Virus record (IMG/VR): IMGVR_UViG_3300025162_000064
Coordinates: 1 to 53,080 of that record
Length of the DNA stretch: 53,080 nt
Direction: 5' to 3' (one strand)
DNA from: a virus
Lineage: Duplodnaviria; Caudoviricetes
Part shown: piece by piece, positions 35,481 through 44,579 of the stretch
Position numbering within the stretch: the first letter of the stretch is position 1
Layout: each line of letters opens with the position of its first letter
Program-made: the position numbers and the translations under genes
The notes under the pieces: generated by a model
Database searches by the model: none
What the model was told of the DNA's origin: nothing
What the model saw: only the letters and a program-made list of their open reading frames with translations

Positions 35481-35801
35481 ATGGAAAAGAAACTAACCCG
35501 CTTCAAAACGAATGTGTATTTCTACAAAAATGGCAAGAAAATTGAAGGGTTCCCGCCCCGTGTGTCGGGCAGCCTGACCGGCGTGTCGGGCAACCTGAGC
35601 GACGTGTCGGGCAACCTGAGCGACGTGTCGGGCAACCTGAGCGGCGTGCGGGGCGACCTTACCGGCCTGCGGGGCAACCTGACCGGCGTGCGGGGCTATC
35701 TGAGCGATTGCGCCATCACCGACGAAGATCGCGCGTCTGGAATTGATATCATCGACCTGATCGACAGCGCCGAACCGCTGGCGAAAAAGATGGGCGCATG
35801 A
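35481..35801 (+). CDS. Heptapeptide-repeat protein (V-S/R-G-N-L-S/T-G/D)x7
   Basis: 21-bp tandem repeat at 35562-35708. Confidence 0.65.
   Translation: MEKKLTRFKTNVYFYKNGKKIEGFPPRVSGSLTGVSGNLSDVSGNLSDVSGNLSGVRGDLTGLRGNLTGVRGYLSDCAITDEDRASGIDIIDLIDSAEPLAKKMGA
35562..35708 (+). repeat. 21-bp tandem repeat, 7 units
   Basis: Consensus gtgtcgggcaacctgagcgac. Confidence 0.9.
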
Positions 35802-35877
35802 TGAGCCGGATGGGTTGCAACCATTTTGACAATATGCTCAAATCCACTCGCTAAACACATCACATATGGATTGTAAA

Positions 35878-36219
35878 ATGACTGAAGAACGCAAGGTTGA
35901 ACTAACTGCCCCGAAGCGCAAGAAGGCAGAGGCAAAGGTTTACTATTATTCCAAGAGCGCTAAGGATCGCCTGTCGCTCCAGCACATCAAGGATGCAAGC
36001 GCGGACAGCATCGTCAACGCGTGCCGGGCGCACCTTGAGCAATGCATGGCTAACAAAGAGTTCGACCGCCTCCCGCATGACCCGCTCACTGCCATCCGCG
36101 CTGCGTCATACGCCCTCGGCGTTGCTCATGCCCGCATTTCCGAAATGAACCTTGAACTTTACAGCTTGAAGCGACCGCGCAGCATCCTGAACCGGATTTC
36201 CTGCTGGCTGAACTTCTAA
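35878..36219 (+). CDS. Hypothetical protein
   Basis: 113-aa ORF, start after GGA. Confidence 0.5.
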   Translation: MTEERKVELTAPKRKKAEAKVYYYSKSAKDRLSLQHIKDASADSIVNACRAHLEQCMANKEFDRLPHDPLTAIRAASYALGVAHARISEMNLELYSLKRPRSILNRISCWLNF

Positions 36220-36235
36220 TAAGGAGGCACATGAC

Positions 36236-36715
36236 ATGACCCGTGAAGAAGCCCTGAAGCTTGCCCTCAGCAGCACTACAAGCATCCCGGAAGCCATCAA
36301 GCAGGCCGAGGACATTATGGCCTACTTGAGTGGCGAAAACCCGTCCATCGGGTCTACGTGGGCCTTAGACACTGCCATGGTCGCAGGTGAATCTTTGCAG
36401 ACGAAGCAGCACCCCCTGCCCCAAAAGACACCGGAATTGGATTTGGAAATTTCCACCTTATTGGGCAAGGTTTCCAAAAGCCTGCGTTGGAGCAAGGAAA
36501 GCGAAAATGTGTTGATCAAGTGGATTTCCAGCGGATCGAAGACTGCCTTGTTTGATGCTGCTGTCGATCTGCAATGCTCAGTCAAGGCTTGCTACGTCCG
36601 AATGACCAGAATGGAGCAATTCAAGTCGATGACCAGAAACCAATCCGCACTGCTTCTCCATGGCGCGCGTGAGGCGTTGATGGAGTATTGCGGCGAAACG
36701 GGTTCGATGCGGTGA
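36236..36715 (+). CDS. Hypothetical protein with a possible Myb/GcrA-like HTH
   Basis: AAGGAGG RBS; RWSKESENVLIKW...AAVDLQCSVKACYVRM. Confidence 0.5.
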   Translation: MTREEALKLALSSTTSIPEAIKQAEDIMAYLSGENPSIGSTWALDTAMVAGESLQTKQHPLPQKTPELDLEISTLLGKVSKSLRWSKESENVLIKWISSGSKTALFDAAVDLQCSVKACYVRMTRMEQFKSMTRNQSALLLHGAREALMEYCGETGSMR

Positions 36716-36915
36716 TTTACCTCTGCGCCGCCGTTGTTACCTTCACCGCATGCGTTCAGGTCAGCACTTTGGCTGAGTGTGGGAAGCTGATGGAGGACAG
36801 CAATGTTGGTGCAGGTTGGTATTTCTGCTCGAACGTCTTCCCTGCTAATCTCGCCGCCCCGCCAGTCCTGGGGCCTCCCGTCATCAGGCATGGCAAAAAG
36901 ATGGATAGAGGATAA
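36712..36915 (+). CDS. Small hypothetical protein
   Basis: GTGA coupling; hydrophobic N-terminus. Confidence 0.35.
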   Translation: MIYLCAAVVTFTACVQVSTLAECGKLMEDSNVGAGWYFCSNVFPANLAAPPVLGPPVIRHGKKMDRG

Positions 36916-36916
36916 A

Positions 36917-37087
36917 ATGCCGCGAATTGGTTATGACCTGGGCGACGGAACAATCGTTGAAATTCCATACCTTCCAGTGGAAAGGGCGGGGATTCCGATT
37001 CCCGGATGGGTGACGAAACCGGAAGGGAAAAAGGTTTTTGTTTTCCTGCTTGAATACGGGGTTGAACAGAAGACGGACGCCGGATAG
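36917..37087 (+). CDS. Small hypothetical protein
   Basis: GAGG RBS before the ATG at 36917. Confidence 0.4.
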   Translation: MPRIGYDLGDGTIVEIPYLPVERAGIPIPGWVTKPEGKKVFVFLLEYGVEQKTDAG

Positions 37088-37117
37088 AATACAAACGCCT
37101 CATAACAGGAGATTCAC

Positions 37118-37390
37118 ATGAGCAATACCACCGATTGGCGCGACATTTTGATTGAAGACACTTCGATCAAACCTGCGATGATCCGCGCCTTGTGTTCCCA
37201 TTTCGACACTGAAGTCGTCACCCTCGGCGCTGTTGCCGATCTGAAGATGTCGGAATTGAAGGCCATGAAGGGCGTCGGCAAGATCGCCATTCAGTCGTGC
37301 ATGGATGCAATCGGTCGCGCCGTTCGCGGTGAGCCTCTGATTGGTGCTGGGCCGACCGTTTTTGACATCGTGACCAAGTCAGCAGCGTGA
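37118..37390 (+). CDS. RNA polymerase alpha-CTD-like (HhH) protein
   Basis: IEDTSI....IRAL.......TLGAVA.....EL..MKGVGKIAIQ; AGGAG RBS. Confidence 0.6.
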   Translation: MSNTTDWRDILIEDTSIKPAMIRALCSHFDTEVVTLGAVADLKMSELKAMKGVGKIAIQSCMDAIGRAVRGEPLIGAGPTVFDIVTKSAA

Positions 37391-38136
37391 ACCCCTTCGA
37401 GCGCCACGGTATCCAGCATCTATCGCCGTCGGCGTGTAGCCTGTTCACCGGCAGTCCGGCGATGTTTGTTTTGGAAAAGCTTCTCAAGCGCCGTCAGCCC
37501 GTAGGGCCGGCAGCGCATCGTGGGACAGCAACCGAAACAGGCATCGTCCACGGCCTCACAGAAGGCGCTACAGCGGGTGAATGCGTTGCCAAGGCTCTTG
37601 CGCAGTTTGACCAGTTGACTGCCCTCCTACCCGGCCAGAAGACTGAGAAAGAGCGTGCCAATATCCCTGGCATGATATCCGAGGGCCTGAAGGAGTTACT
37701 TCCATACGGCAAACCGACGGCGACACAAGGCAAGATCGAATACAAGTTCGATGGCCTTGACGTCCCGTTCATCGGATATTTTGACCTTGAGTGGGGGCAG
37801 CATGGCATCTTGACGGACATCAAGACGACAAATGCCATGCCAAGCGCCATCAAGGTAGCACATGCCCGTCAGGTGGCCTTATACGCCGCCGCACAGGGCA
37901 ACAACATTAGCCCGAGGGTGACATACGTCACGCCGAAGAAGTCAGTCACATACCTGCTTGAGAACGCTGAAAAGCACCTCGACGACTTGCGACTGATCGG
38001 CATGACCATCCAAAGGTTCTTGGCAAAGAGTGATGACCCGTTGGAACTGGCTTCACTCCTCGTTCCGGACGTTGATAGTTTCTACTTTTCCGACCCTGCG
38101 GTTCGGCATGAAGCATTCAAGGTTTGGGGCATCTAA
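37387..38136 (+). CDS. PD-(D/E)XK exonuclease (RecB/Cas4-like)
   Basis: HLSPS...AAHRGT...GYFDL.......DIKTT....H.RQVALY. Confidence 0.85.
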   Translation: MNPFERHGIQHLSPSACSLFTGSPAMFVLEKLLKRRQPVGPAAHRGTATETGIVHGLTEGATAGECVAKALAQFDQLTALLPGQKTEKERANIPGMISEGLKELLPYGKPTATQGKIEYKFDGLDVPFIGYFDLEWGQHGILTDIKTTNAMPSAIKVAHARQVALYAAAQGNNISPRVTYVTPKKSVTYLLENAEKHLDDLRLIGMTIQRFLAKSDDPLELASLLVPDVDSFYFSDPAVRHEAFKVWGI

Positions 38137-38208
38137 AAGGGTCAATGCCGGCAGCCCTGCTGTAGAAATGTTGGCAAAAAAGACAATCGTTAAAAGGTAA
38201 CTGAACAA

Positions 38209-38883
38209 ATGGCCAAAAGCTTTTTTTCTTCTGCTTCGTCCGAAAACACCGAATATCTTCCGTTCATCAAATATGACGCCAGAAGCGGTCGCTTGTTCCG
38301 CGTAGGGAAAGATGAAGACGGCGCTACAGCTAACGTCGAAATCACCAAGACCTTCAAAGCCGTCATGGATATCGACAACTACGAACAGGGGTTCATCGAA
38401 TTTGGTTTGGGTGGCACCCCGCCGCGCTATGTTGTCGCACACAATATGATGCCGGCACCCTCTAAGCCTGCTGAAGGCAAGTTTAAGAATGGCTTCCGCG
38501 TTCGTCTTCGTCTGTCTAAGGCGTGCGGTGATGACGTGCGTGAATTTTCGAGCAGTGCTGCATCCGTCGTTAAGGCTTTTGCTCGCCTTGTCGAGGACTT
38601 TATTGCCACTGAAGGTGCCAACCCAGGCAAGCTTCCAGTCGTGCAGATGAGCGACACGATCCCCATCACGTCGAACATCAAACAGCCTGACGGCACCACC
38701 ATGAAGTTGACAAACTACGAACCGGTGTTCGAGATTGTCGGATGGGCACCCCGTCCTGCTGATCTTTTTGCCGTCGAGGCTAAGGCAGCCGCTGCACCCG
38801 CCAAGCAGCAGACGTCCACAGGATCTACGCGGGCTGCACCGCCTGCAACAAAACAAGTGGCAGACGAAGACGACTTCGGGTAA
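38209..38883 (+). CDS. Probable single-stranded DNA-binding/annealing protein
   Basis: IKYDARSGR...NYEPVFEIVGWAPRP, flexible Ala/Pro linker and acidic-aromatic tail DEDDFG; adjacent to the exonuclease. Confidence 0.7.
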   Translation: MAKSFFSSASSENTEYLPFIKYDARSGRLFRVGKDEDGATANVEITKTFKAVMDIDNYEQGFIEFGLGGTPPRYVVAHNMMPAPSKPAEGKFKNGFRVRLRLSKACGDDVREFSSSAASVVKAFARLVEDFIATEGANPGKLPVVQMSDTIPITSNIKQPDGTTMKLTNYEPVFEIVGWAPRPADLFAVEAKAAAAPAKQQTSTGSTRAAPPATKQVADEDDFG

Positions 38884-38888
38884 TAGAG

Positions 38889-38913
38889 AAAGGGGGGGCG
38901 AAAGCCCCCCTTT
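38889..38913 (+). terminator. Rho-independent terminator
   Basis: aaagggggggc-gaaa-gccccccttt hairpin with a GNRA loop, after the SSB stop. Confidence 0.65.
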
Positions 38914-38937
38914 AACTATATGCCCCAAGAGGATTTA

Positions 38938-39195
38938 ATGAAACTTCTCATTACTATGAATATGCCGGCACGCGCTGGCGCTTTAGTCCACCAAGTATAT
39001 GCAGAATACGACTGCGATACTTTGCAGGACTTCATGAATGTCCTCATGGAAAACGAATTTCTGATCGTTGAGGAACTATACCGCGACCGCGAGATTGCCA
39101 CCAAGTTCACGCCCGTTGGTCAAGTGGTGCTGAACTACCGGTATATCGGCAAGGTCAAGGAACTATACGCTAACGGGAAGCCGATGGCTTCGTGA
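38938..39195 (+). CDS. Hypothetical protein
   Basis: GAGGA RBS; 85 aa. Confidence 0.55.
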   Translation: MKLLITMNMPARAGALVHQVYAEYDCDTLQDFMNVLMENEFLIVEELYRDREIATKFTPVGQVVLNYRYIGKVKELYANGKPMAS

Positions 39196-39407
39196 TGCTA
39201 CAGCTAGACCCGCCCATGCCTGTCGTGACGCCAAATGGCAATGCCATGGCGCACGTCCTGATTGACTACGGCCCAGAACATAACCTGTTCTGGGTGTGCT
39301 TTCAGGACGCGACAGGCGAGTGCTGGACGTGGGCGAACAAGGACATTCGCGCACAGTCCAACATTACGCTTGGGCGGGTTGTGCCGACCACGGCGGCGGC
39401 AGGTTAA
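39192..39407 (+). CDS. Conserved small phage protein
   Basis: LQLDPPMPVVTP.G...A..LIDYG.EH.L.WVCF....GECW.W.N..IR...NITLGR. Confidence 0.65.
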   Translation: MMLQLDPPMPVVTPNGNAMAHVLIDYGPEHNLFWVCFQDATGECWTWANKDIRAQSNITLGRVVPTTAAAG

Positions 39408-39711
39408 CGTTAGTCGGCGTAATCTGCTGCTGGATTTGACCGTCGATGTTTGCCTCCAGGGCAGCAACTTGCGTCGGCCCCATGGCATCCACCACCCATC
39501 CCTGGACCTGCGCTTCAGTCAACTGCGCATATGGCGTGAACGGGCTGCCGGCGACGTATGCAAGCGCCTGGGTGCCGTAGACAGACCCGGTATGGCCGTT
39601 GCCGTCATCGCCCGTCAGAATCCAGTGGACGGTGTAAACAACGTCTGTCTGGCTGGCATATTCGGGGTATGCGGTGAGGGTTGGGAAAGTCCAAGCGTAG
39701 GTGTTGGGCAT
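39364..39711 (-). CDS. Tail-fibre-associated protein
   Basis: DVVYTVHW.L...YG......FTPYAQLTEAQVQGWV..AMG...PPW, a pattern typical downstream of fibre genes. Confidence 0.65.
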   Translation of the reverse strand: MPNTYAWTFPTLTAYPEYASQTDVVYTVHWILTGDDGNGHTGSVYGTQALAYVAGSPFTPYAQLTEAQVQGWVVDAMGPTQVAALEANIDGQIQQQITPTNVNLPPPWSAQPAQA

Positions 39712-39722
39712 ATTAGGTTCCT

Positions 39723-39935
39723 TTAATTTCGAGCCGGCGGGACGTAGGGTCCGATAGGTATCGACGCTTGATTGGCAATAATGGTGTCATAAAGTTCAAC
39801 GCCATATGGCTCTACGTCATTTTTCGACGCCGTAAATGGCACCGCCGTCCCATCTTCCAGGGTAAGTTGACAGTTAATCATCGACCCATCCGCAGACGCA
39901 TAGACAGGATCGGCGTAAGACACCCACACGGTCAT
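39723..39935 (-). CDS. Tail fibre assembly-like small protein
   Basis: YASADGS.INC......PFTAS.ND.E.YG.EL...I.PY.PP. Confidence 0.7.
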   Translation of the reverse strand: MTVWVSYADPVYASADGSMINCQLTLEDGTAVPFTASKNDVEPYGVELYDTIIANQASIPIGPYVPPARN

Positions 39936-42628
39936 TATACGGTCCTCAAAAATAAACCGCTAGTAATGTAAACGGTGGCGGCTTGACTAGTGTCATAGAT
40001 GTTATATTGCGAAACGCTCATGCACTTCCACGTCCCCGAGCTTTGGCCCATAGCGGAGCCGGAGTAAGAAGTTCCTTGGGTAAACGGAACCGAATTTGAT
40101 GTGGACGACTGTTGATACGAAGCATAAGCACCCACCGCACCCGCCGTTGAAACGATTGCCAGCGTCCCGGTGCTGGTGATCGGTCCTCCGGTTAAGCCGA
40201 GACCGGACGCAACGCTGGTCACGGTGCCCGTGGCTGCCGGCGCGGACGACACCCAGGCAGAACCGTTTGACGTAAGGACGTTGCCGGAAGTCCCAACCGA
40301 TCCAAGGCCCGTGCCACCTCTGGCAACGGCCAAAGTGCCGCCGCTGATGTTATTCGCGTTCGTCGTGTCGGTAGTAGCAGAAGCAGCCAAGCCGGAGACA
40401 GCGCCAGAAGCAATGGCAATGGCAGTGTTGGATGCCGCCGTAAGTTGCCCTTGAGCATTAACGGTAAAAGTCGCCACCGACGAAGCCGAGCCATAAGACG
40501 CTGCGGTAACGGTGGTATTTGCCAGGGCAATGGTGCCGCTTGACGTAATGGTGCCACCCGACAGCCCGGTGCCGGCGGTAATGCTGGTCACGGTGCCAGG
40601 ATTGCCACCCGGAATTGCAGCCCACGTCCCGTCACCGCGCAAATAAGTGCTGCTTGATGGAGTGCCAGTAATCGGGTTGTTGGCCGGATTGGTGACGCTT
40701 GATAGCGCGGTGCCGCCATTGACAAGAAGCGACCCTACAAACCGGCCTGTGCCGTTTACGTCTAGCAGATAGGCTGGAGCGCTGGTGCCAATGCCAACAT
40801 AGTTTTGGAACTGATAACTTCCTGCCGCAAAAATCATTTGGGCCGTACTGGAAGCCCTAAGTTCGATGGCGGTTGTGGTGTTGATGTTGATGCTGAAAAC
40901 GCGATTGTCCGCCGATGAGTAGCTGACGGTGTTCGCGCCGTAGTTGTTCGTGTTGATCAGAGTGAGCAGCGCGCCCGCATCTGGGCCGGCTGTTCCGGAC
41001 GAGTAAGACGCAAACACGCTCAAATTGCTCTGGTAGATGCTGTTGAGGTACGCGTTCCCAGTGACAAGAAGCGACCCCGAAAACTGCCCCGTGCCATTCA
41101 CATCCAGCAAATAGCTAGGTGAAAGTGTTCCGATGCCGACGTTCCCGGCTGCGGTGATCCGCATGCGTTCATTGCTGCCAAAAATCCATGCCTCAAAATT
41201 GACGCTAGAACCATATGTGTTTGTAAAAAACGGAGAACCGTTATTGTCAGCTAATTGCTGATTTAGAAATGATTGGGATGTCCCTCCAATCATAAAGTTT
41301 TGAGTCATGGCGCTTGCACCGACAACATTGTTGCCAATACAAAAAGTGGTGGCGGCATTCTGGTTTTTGACAACAGCCAACGCGACCGCGAGGCCATAAA
41401 AGCTATCTGGGTTTGACGTGCCAATACCGACGTTACCCGCTGCCGTGATCCGCATACGTTCGGCGGCGTTGTTAGAAAAAATCATCGGCACATTATCGCC
41501 AGTGTAAATCGAAACATTGCCGGCTGCTTGGTTCTGCGTAAGTTGAACGCCAGTCCAGCTTTGCGCAGCGACATTCACAAACGCCTGCGCAGACGCGCCA
41601 GTGCTGGCGTTGCTGATGTAAAGACCATCAGTGGCGTTATTGTTTGCAGCTACCTCCAATTTATATCCAGGCGAAATCGTACCGATGCCGACCTGTCCAG
41701 TAGAACTGATGTAAAATCTGGTTCCTGCGCCATAAGTATCGTCGTAAATGAAGAAGTTCTGATCGCCAACGCCGAAAAGGTCAACGCCCATTTCCCATTT
41801 CGAAGTATTGTTGTTTTGGAATATGATTCCGCTTTTGTATGATCCGCTCGAAGTGTTATTTAGCAGAAAGTTCAAATATCCAGTGCCGCTAGAGCGGATG
41901 ACTCCAGAAACATCCAGCGGGGTAGCGGGCGTTGACGTCCCAATACCAACGTTGCCCGCTGCAGTGATGCGCATGCGTTCAGTGTTGTTGGTGTTGAGAA
42001 TAAGCGGGCCGTTGTCTTGCTGATTGATAAAGACGTTGCTGCTGCTGTCTTCGTTTATAAGTAGGCCAGATTTCCCAGTGTAGTATGCATTGATGGTTCC
42101 GTTGACATTGACGGCACCGGTCACGGTGAGCGTGTTGGTGCCATAGTTCCAGGCTAGATTAGACGAACCGCCGAACACGCCCGATTGATTAAATTGGATG
42201 CTGGTGTCAGCGCCCCCAGGCGACGTGACGGTATTGACCGAAAGGGTGACATTCGTGCCATCAGACACGATCAGGGTCCGCGTCCCCTGCGTGATGGTGA
42301 CACTGCTTCCGCCGCCACCGGACGATAGCGTCAGCGTAAAGGCACCTGACGTGCCGTTGTAGACCACCCACTGCCCGCCCACGCCGGATGGCACCTGATA
42401 GTTCACATTGGCCGACAGCGTGCCGCTAAACAGGATGTAGAGGTTCTGGTATTGCGTGGTCGTCAGTGCGGTGGTGCCAGACACGCCAGTAGCGTTGATG
42501 ATCAGGTGACCGCCGAAGGCCGTGTCGATGATGTTGAAGTTGGAATTGACGGGCGTTGACCATGTGTTGACGTAATCGCCATTTGCCGGTTCTTCGATTG
42601 CCTTGTTGGTCGAGTAAGTGCTGGTCAT
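39935..42628 (-). CDS. Tail fibre protein
   Basis: 897 aa; N-terminal attachment segment (STYS..K.IE.P..G....TW...VN.N...ID.A.GG) and repeated ERMRITAAGNVGIGT units. Confidence 0.85.
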   Translation of the reverse strand: MTSTYSTNKAIEEPANGDYVNTWSTPVNSNFNIIDTAFGGHLIINATGVSGTTALTTTQYQNLYILFSGTLSANVNYQVPSGVGGQWVVYNGTSGAFTLTLSSGGGGSSVTITQGTRTLIVSDGTNVTLSVNTVTSPGGADTSIQFNQSGVFGGSSNLAWNYGTNTLTVTGAVNVNGTINAYYTGKSGLLINEDSSSNVFINQQDNGPLILNTNNTERMRITAAGNVGIGTSTPATPLDVSGVIRSSGTGYLNFLLNNTSSGSYKSGIIFQNNNTSKWEMGVDLFGVGDQNFFIYDDTYGAGTRFYISSTGQVGIGTISPGYKLEVAANNNATDGLYISNASTGASAQAFVNVAAQSWTGVQLTQNQAAGNVSIYTGDNVPMIFSNNAAERMRITAAGNVGIGTSNPDSFYGLAVALAVVKNQNAATTFCIGNNVVGASAMTQNFMIGGTSQSFLNQQLADNNGSPFFTNTYGSSVNFEAWIFGSNERMRITAAGNVGIGTLSPSYLLDVNGTGQFSGSLLVTGNAYLNSIYQSNLSVFASYSSGTAGPDAGALLTLINTNNYGANTVSYSSADNRVFSININTTTAIELRASSTAQMIFAAGSYQFQNYVGIGTSAPAYLLDVNGTGRFVGSLLVNGGTALSSVTNPANNPITGTPSSSTYLRGDGTWAAIPGGNPGTVTSITAGTGLSGGTITSSGTIALANTTVTAASYGSASSVATFTVNAQGQLTAASNTAIAIASGAVSGLAASATTDTTNANNISGGTLAVARGGTGLGSVGTSGNVLTSNGSAWVSSAPAATGTVTSVASGLGLTGGPITSTGTLAIVSTAGAVGAYASYQQSSTSNSVPFTQGTSYSGSAMGQSSGTWKCMSVSQYNIYDTSQAATVYITSGLFLRTV

Positions 42629-42640
42629 GGCAGGCTCCGG

Positions 42641-44572
42641 TTAGATGGCTTGGTTGGCGACGTGAAGCGCCTTGACGATGGTAGCGTCGGGGACGTTTAG
42701 CAGAGGTTCGGTTGTGTTGTTCACATCTTTCTTCGCGCGCTCTGCAAGGGTCATCAGGCGGCTTACGAGGCGTTCGTGGTGGTCACCTACCCTGCCGCCC
42801 GTGGCGCGGGGGATGGGGGGTTCATAGTTCTCATTAAAATCCCTTGTCAGCGCATAAGTAGACGGGGTGCTGGCGATCGCGCTTATTCCTGGCCTCAACG
42901 GGGCATACAATCTTTCCCCTGTGCCTATCGCGGCTTGCGTTTGTCCGGCTATCTTAGGTGACGCAAGTGCGGCGGTTCCGACTATAGATGGCCAAGCTGC
43001 CGGGTGCATTAAAGTGGCCGCAGCAGCCGGGGCATATTCAACAATTTGCTTTAACGCCCCGCTTTGTGGCATCCAAGTTGATGTCGCTGATCCGGCAAGC
43101 ATGGCTTCTAAATGCTTCCCTTCCGGTGTAGAAGTTAAAGTGCTTAAAAGGTCTTGACCTGAAACAGAGCCTGTTTTTTTTAACGTGCTTGTAACAATTT
43201 GCGTGGCTGTTTTTTTATTTGAAACACCCAAATCTTTTTTATATTGATTTTGTAAATCTAATGCATCCGACCAATCCTCTAACATTTCAGCGTATTTTGG
43301 GTCTTTTGCAGAAATGGTATCTTTAATAGATTTAATTAAGTTATTGTATTGAGGACCAACGCCGTTGTTTCCAAAAATATCGTAATTTGATGCAATTGAC
43401 CTTTTTAAATTCATTAAATCATCCATAGTCCTAGCAGAAGGAGAGGTAGATTGGATTGTATCTAAAATCTGTTGATTAACGTTTTGCAAATGTGATTGCA
43501 ATTGCGGGTATCTCGCGCTTGTTCCTGAGCGCGCCACTTCATTATTCAATTCTTGTAATGCCGCTCCTATTCCGTTCATAGGAAGCTGATCGGTTGAATT
43601 AGCTAACCCTTGCGCCGTGCTTTGATAAGATGCGCTAGCTCGTTGTTTTTGAGCATTAGCAGCATCCAAAAGGGTTGTTGCAATTTCGTTGTAATCGCCG
43701 GTCCCGTTAGCAAATTGTTTAAATTTATCAATAGCTTCTCCGTCTCCTGATGCATAAATATCTTGAATTTTTTTTAACAATGGAGGCGGCACGTCTCCCA
43801 TTACTCCTTGAGTATTTCTCAAGAGATAATTCGAAAGTTTGCCAGTTCCTCCTGCAACTGAGCTAGCAACAGAAAGCGGACCCTGTATTGGGTCTATAAC
43901 TTTTTGAGCGATGTTTCCCGCTTTAGCAATAGTTCCAGCAATCCCTCCAGCTTCGCTTGCCAATCCAGCCGCGCGCAGAGGGGCGCCTACAACGGGGGCA
44001 AGCAACGACGCATCCATCCCAATATCAAATGGATTTGTAGCAAGGGATTTTTTTATTCCCGATGTATCCCCGTTTAGCAAAGGCCCGTATCTATCAATAT
44101 ACGGTTGAGCAGCTACATTAAACATTTTTTCATTGTATTTTTCTTCATCTGTCACGGGAAGCGGGGCGGGGGATATTCCAGGCGAATTGATAGTTCTGGG
44201 ATAGGTCGCTGGCATTCCAATTTGCGAAGAAGCATCTTCAAAAGCTGGAAAGAAATTTTCAACAGAAGGAAGCTTTGCTACTCCGCCTTGAATGGCGCTT
44301 GACGCAACCTTAGCAGTTTCAATGGGGTTCGTAATGCTATTCCACAACCCTTCCCATGCATTAGCAGCCCCTTGCGGAGCAGCTTTCAACGCCCTAAGAC
44401 CTACATCTCCCCAACCCATATGAGCATAATCTGGTTCTGGTTCTGGTGTTGGGGTTTTCCCATACTCAGTGTAGCCAATATCGGCGGCAGTCAAAGGTTT
44501 TTGGCTAGATGATGAACTGTCAGGATCAAACGGAGTATAGCCAATATCAGCCGCAGTTAACGGATTTGCCAT
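42641..44572 (-). CDS. Internal virion/ejection protein
   Basis: 643 aa, helical, AT-rich core; last gene of the ejection cluster; C-terminal RATGGRV...ALHVANQAI. Confidence 0.6.
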   Translation of the reverse strand: MANPLTAADIGYTPFDPDSSSSSQKPLTAADIGYTEYGKTPTPEPEPDYAHMGWGDVGLRALKAAPQGAANAWEGLWNSITNPIETAKVASSAIQGGVAKLPSVENFFPAFEDASSQIGMPATYPRTINSPGISPAPLPVTDEEKYNEKMFNVAAQPYIDRYGPLLNGDTSGIKKSLATNPFDIGMDASLLAPVVGAPLRAAGLASEAGGIAGTIAKAGNIAQKVIDPIQGPLSVASSVAGGTGKLSNYLLRNTQGVMGDVPPPLLKKIQDIYASGDGEAIDKFKQFANGTGDYNEIATTLLDAANAQKQRASASYQSTAQGLANSTDQLPMNGIGAALQELNNEVARSGTSARYPQLQSHLQNVNQQILDTIQSTSPSARTMDDLMNLKRSIASNYDIFGNNGVGPQYNNLIKSIKDTISAKDPKYAEMLEDWSDALDLQNQYKKDLGVSNKKTATQIVTSTLKKTGSVSGQDLLSTLTSTPEGKHLEAMLAGSATSTWMPQSGALKQIVEYAPAAAATLMHPAAWPSIVGTAALASPKIAGQTQAAIGTGERLYAPLRPGISAIASTPSTYALTRDFNENYEPPIPRATGGRVGDHHERLVSRLMTLAERAKKDVNNTTEPLLNVPDATIVKALHVANQAI

Positions 44573-44579
44573 TTTGTCC

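Noticed and set aside
37387-38136. Cas4 / CRISPR adaptation gene
   Set aside because: It lacks the four-Cys Fe-S cluster pattern and sits next to an SSB; an ordinary phage recombination exonuclease.
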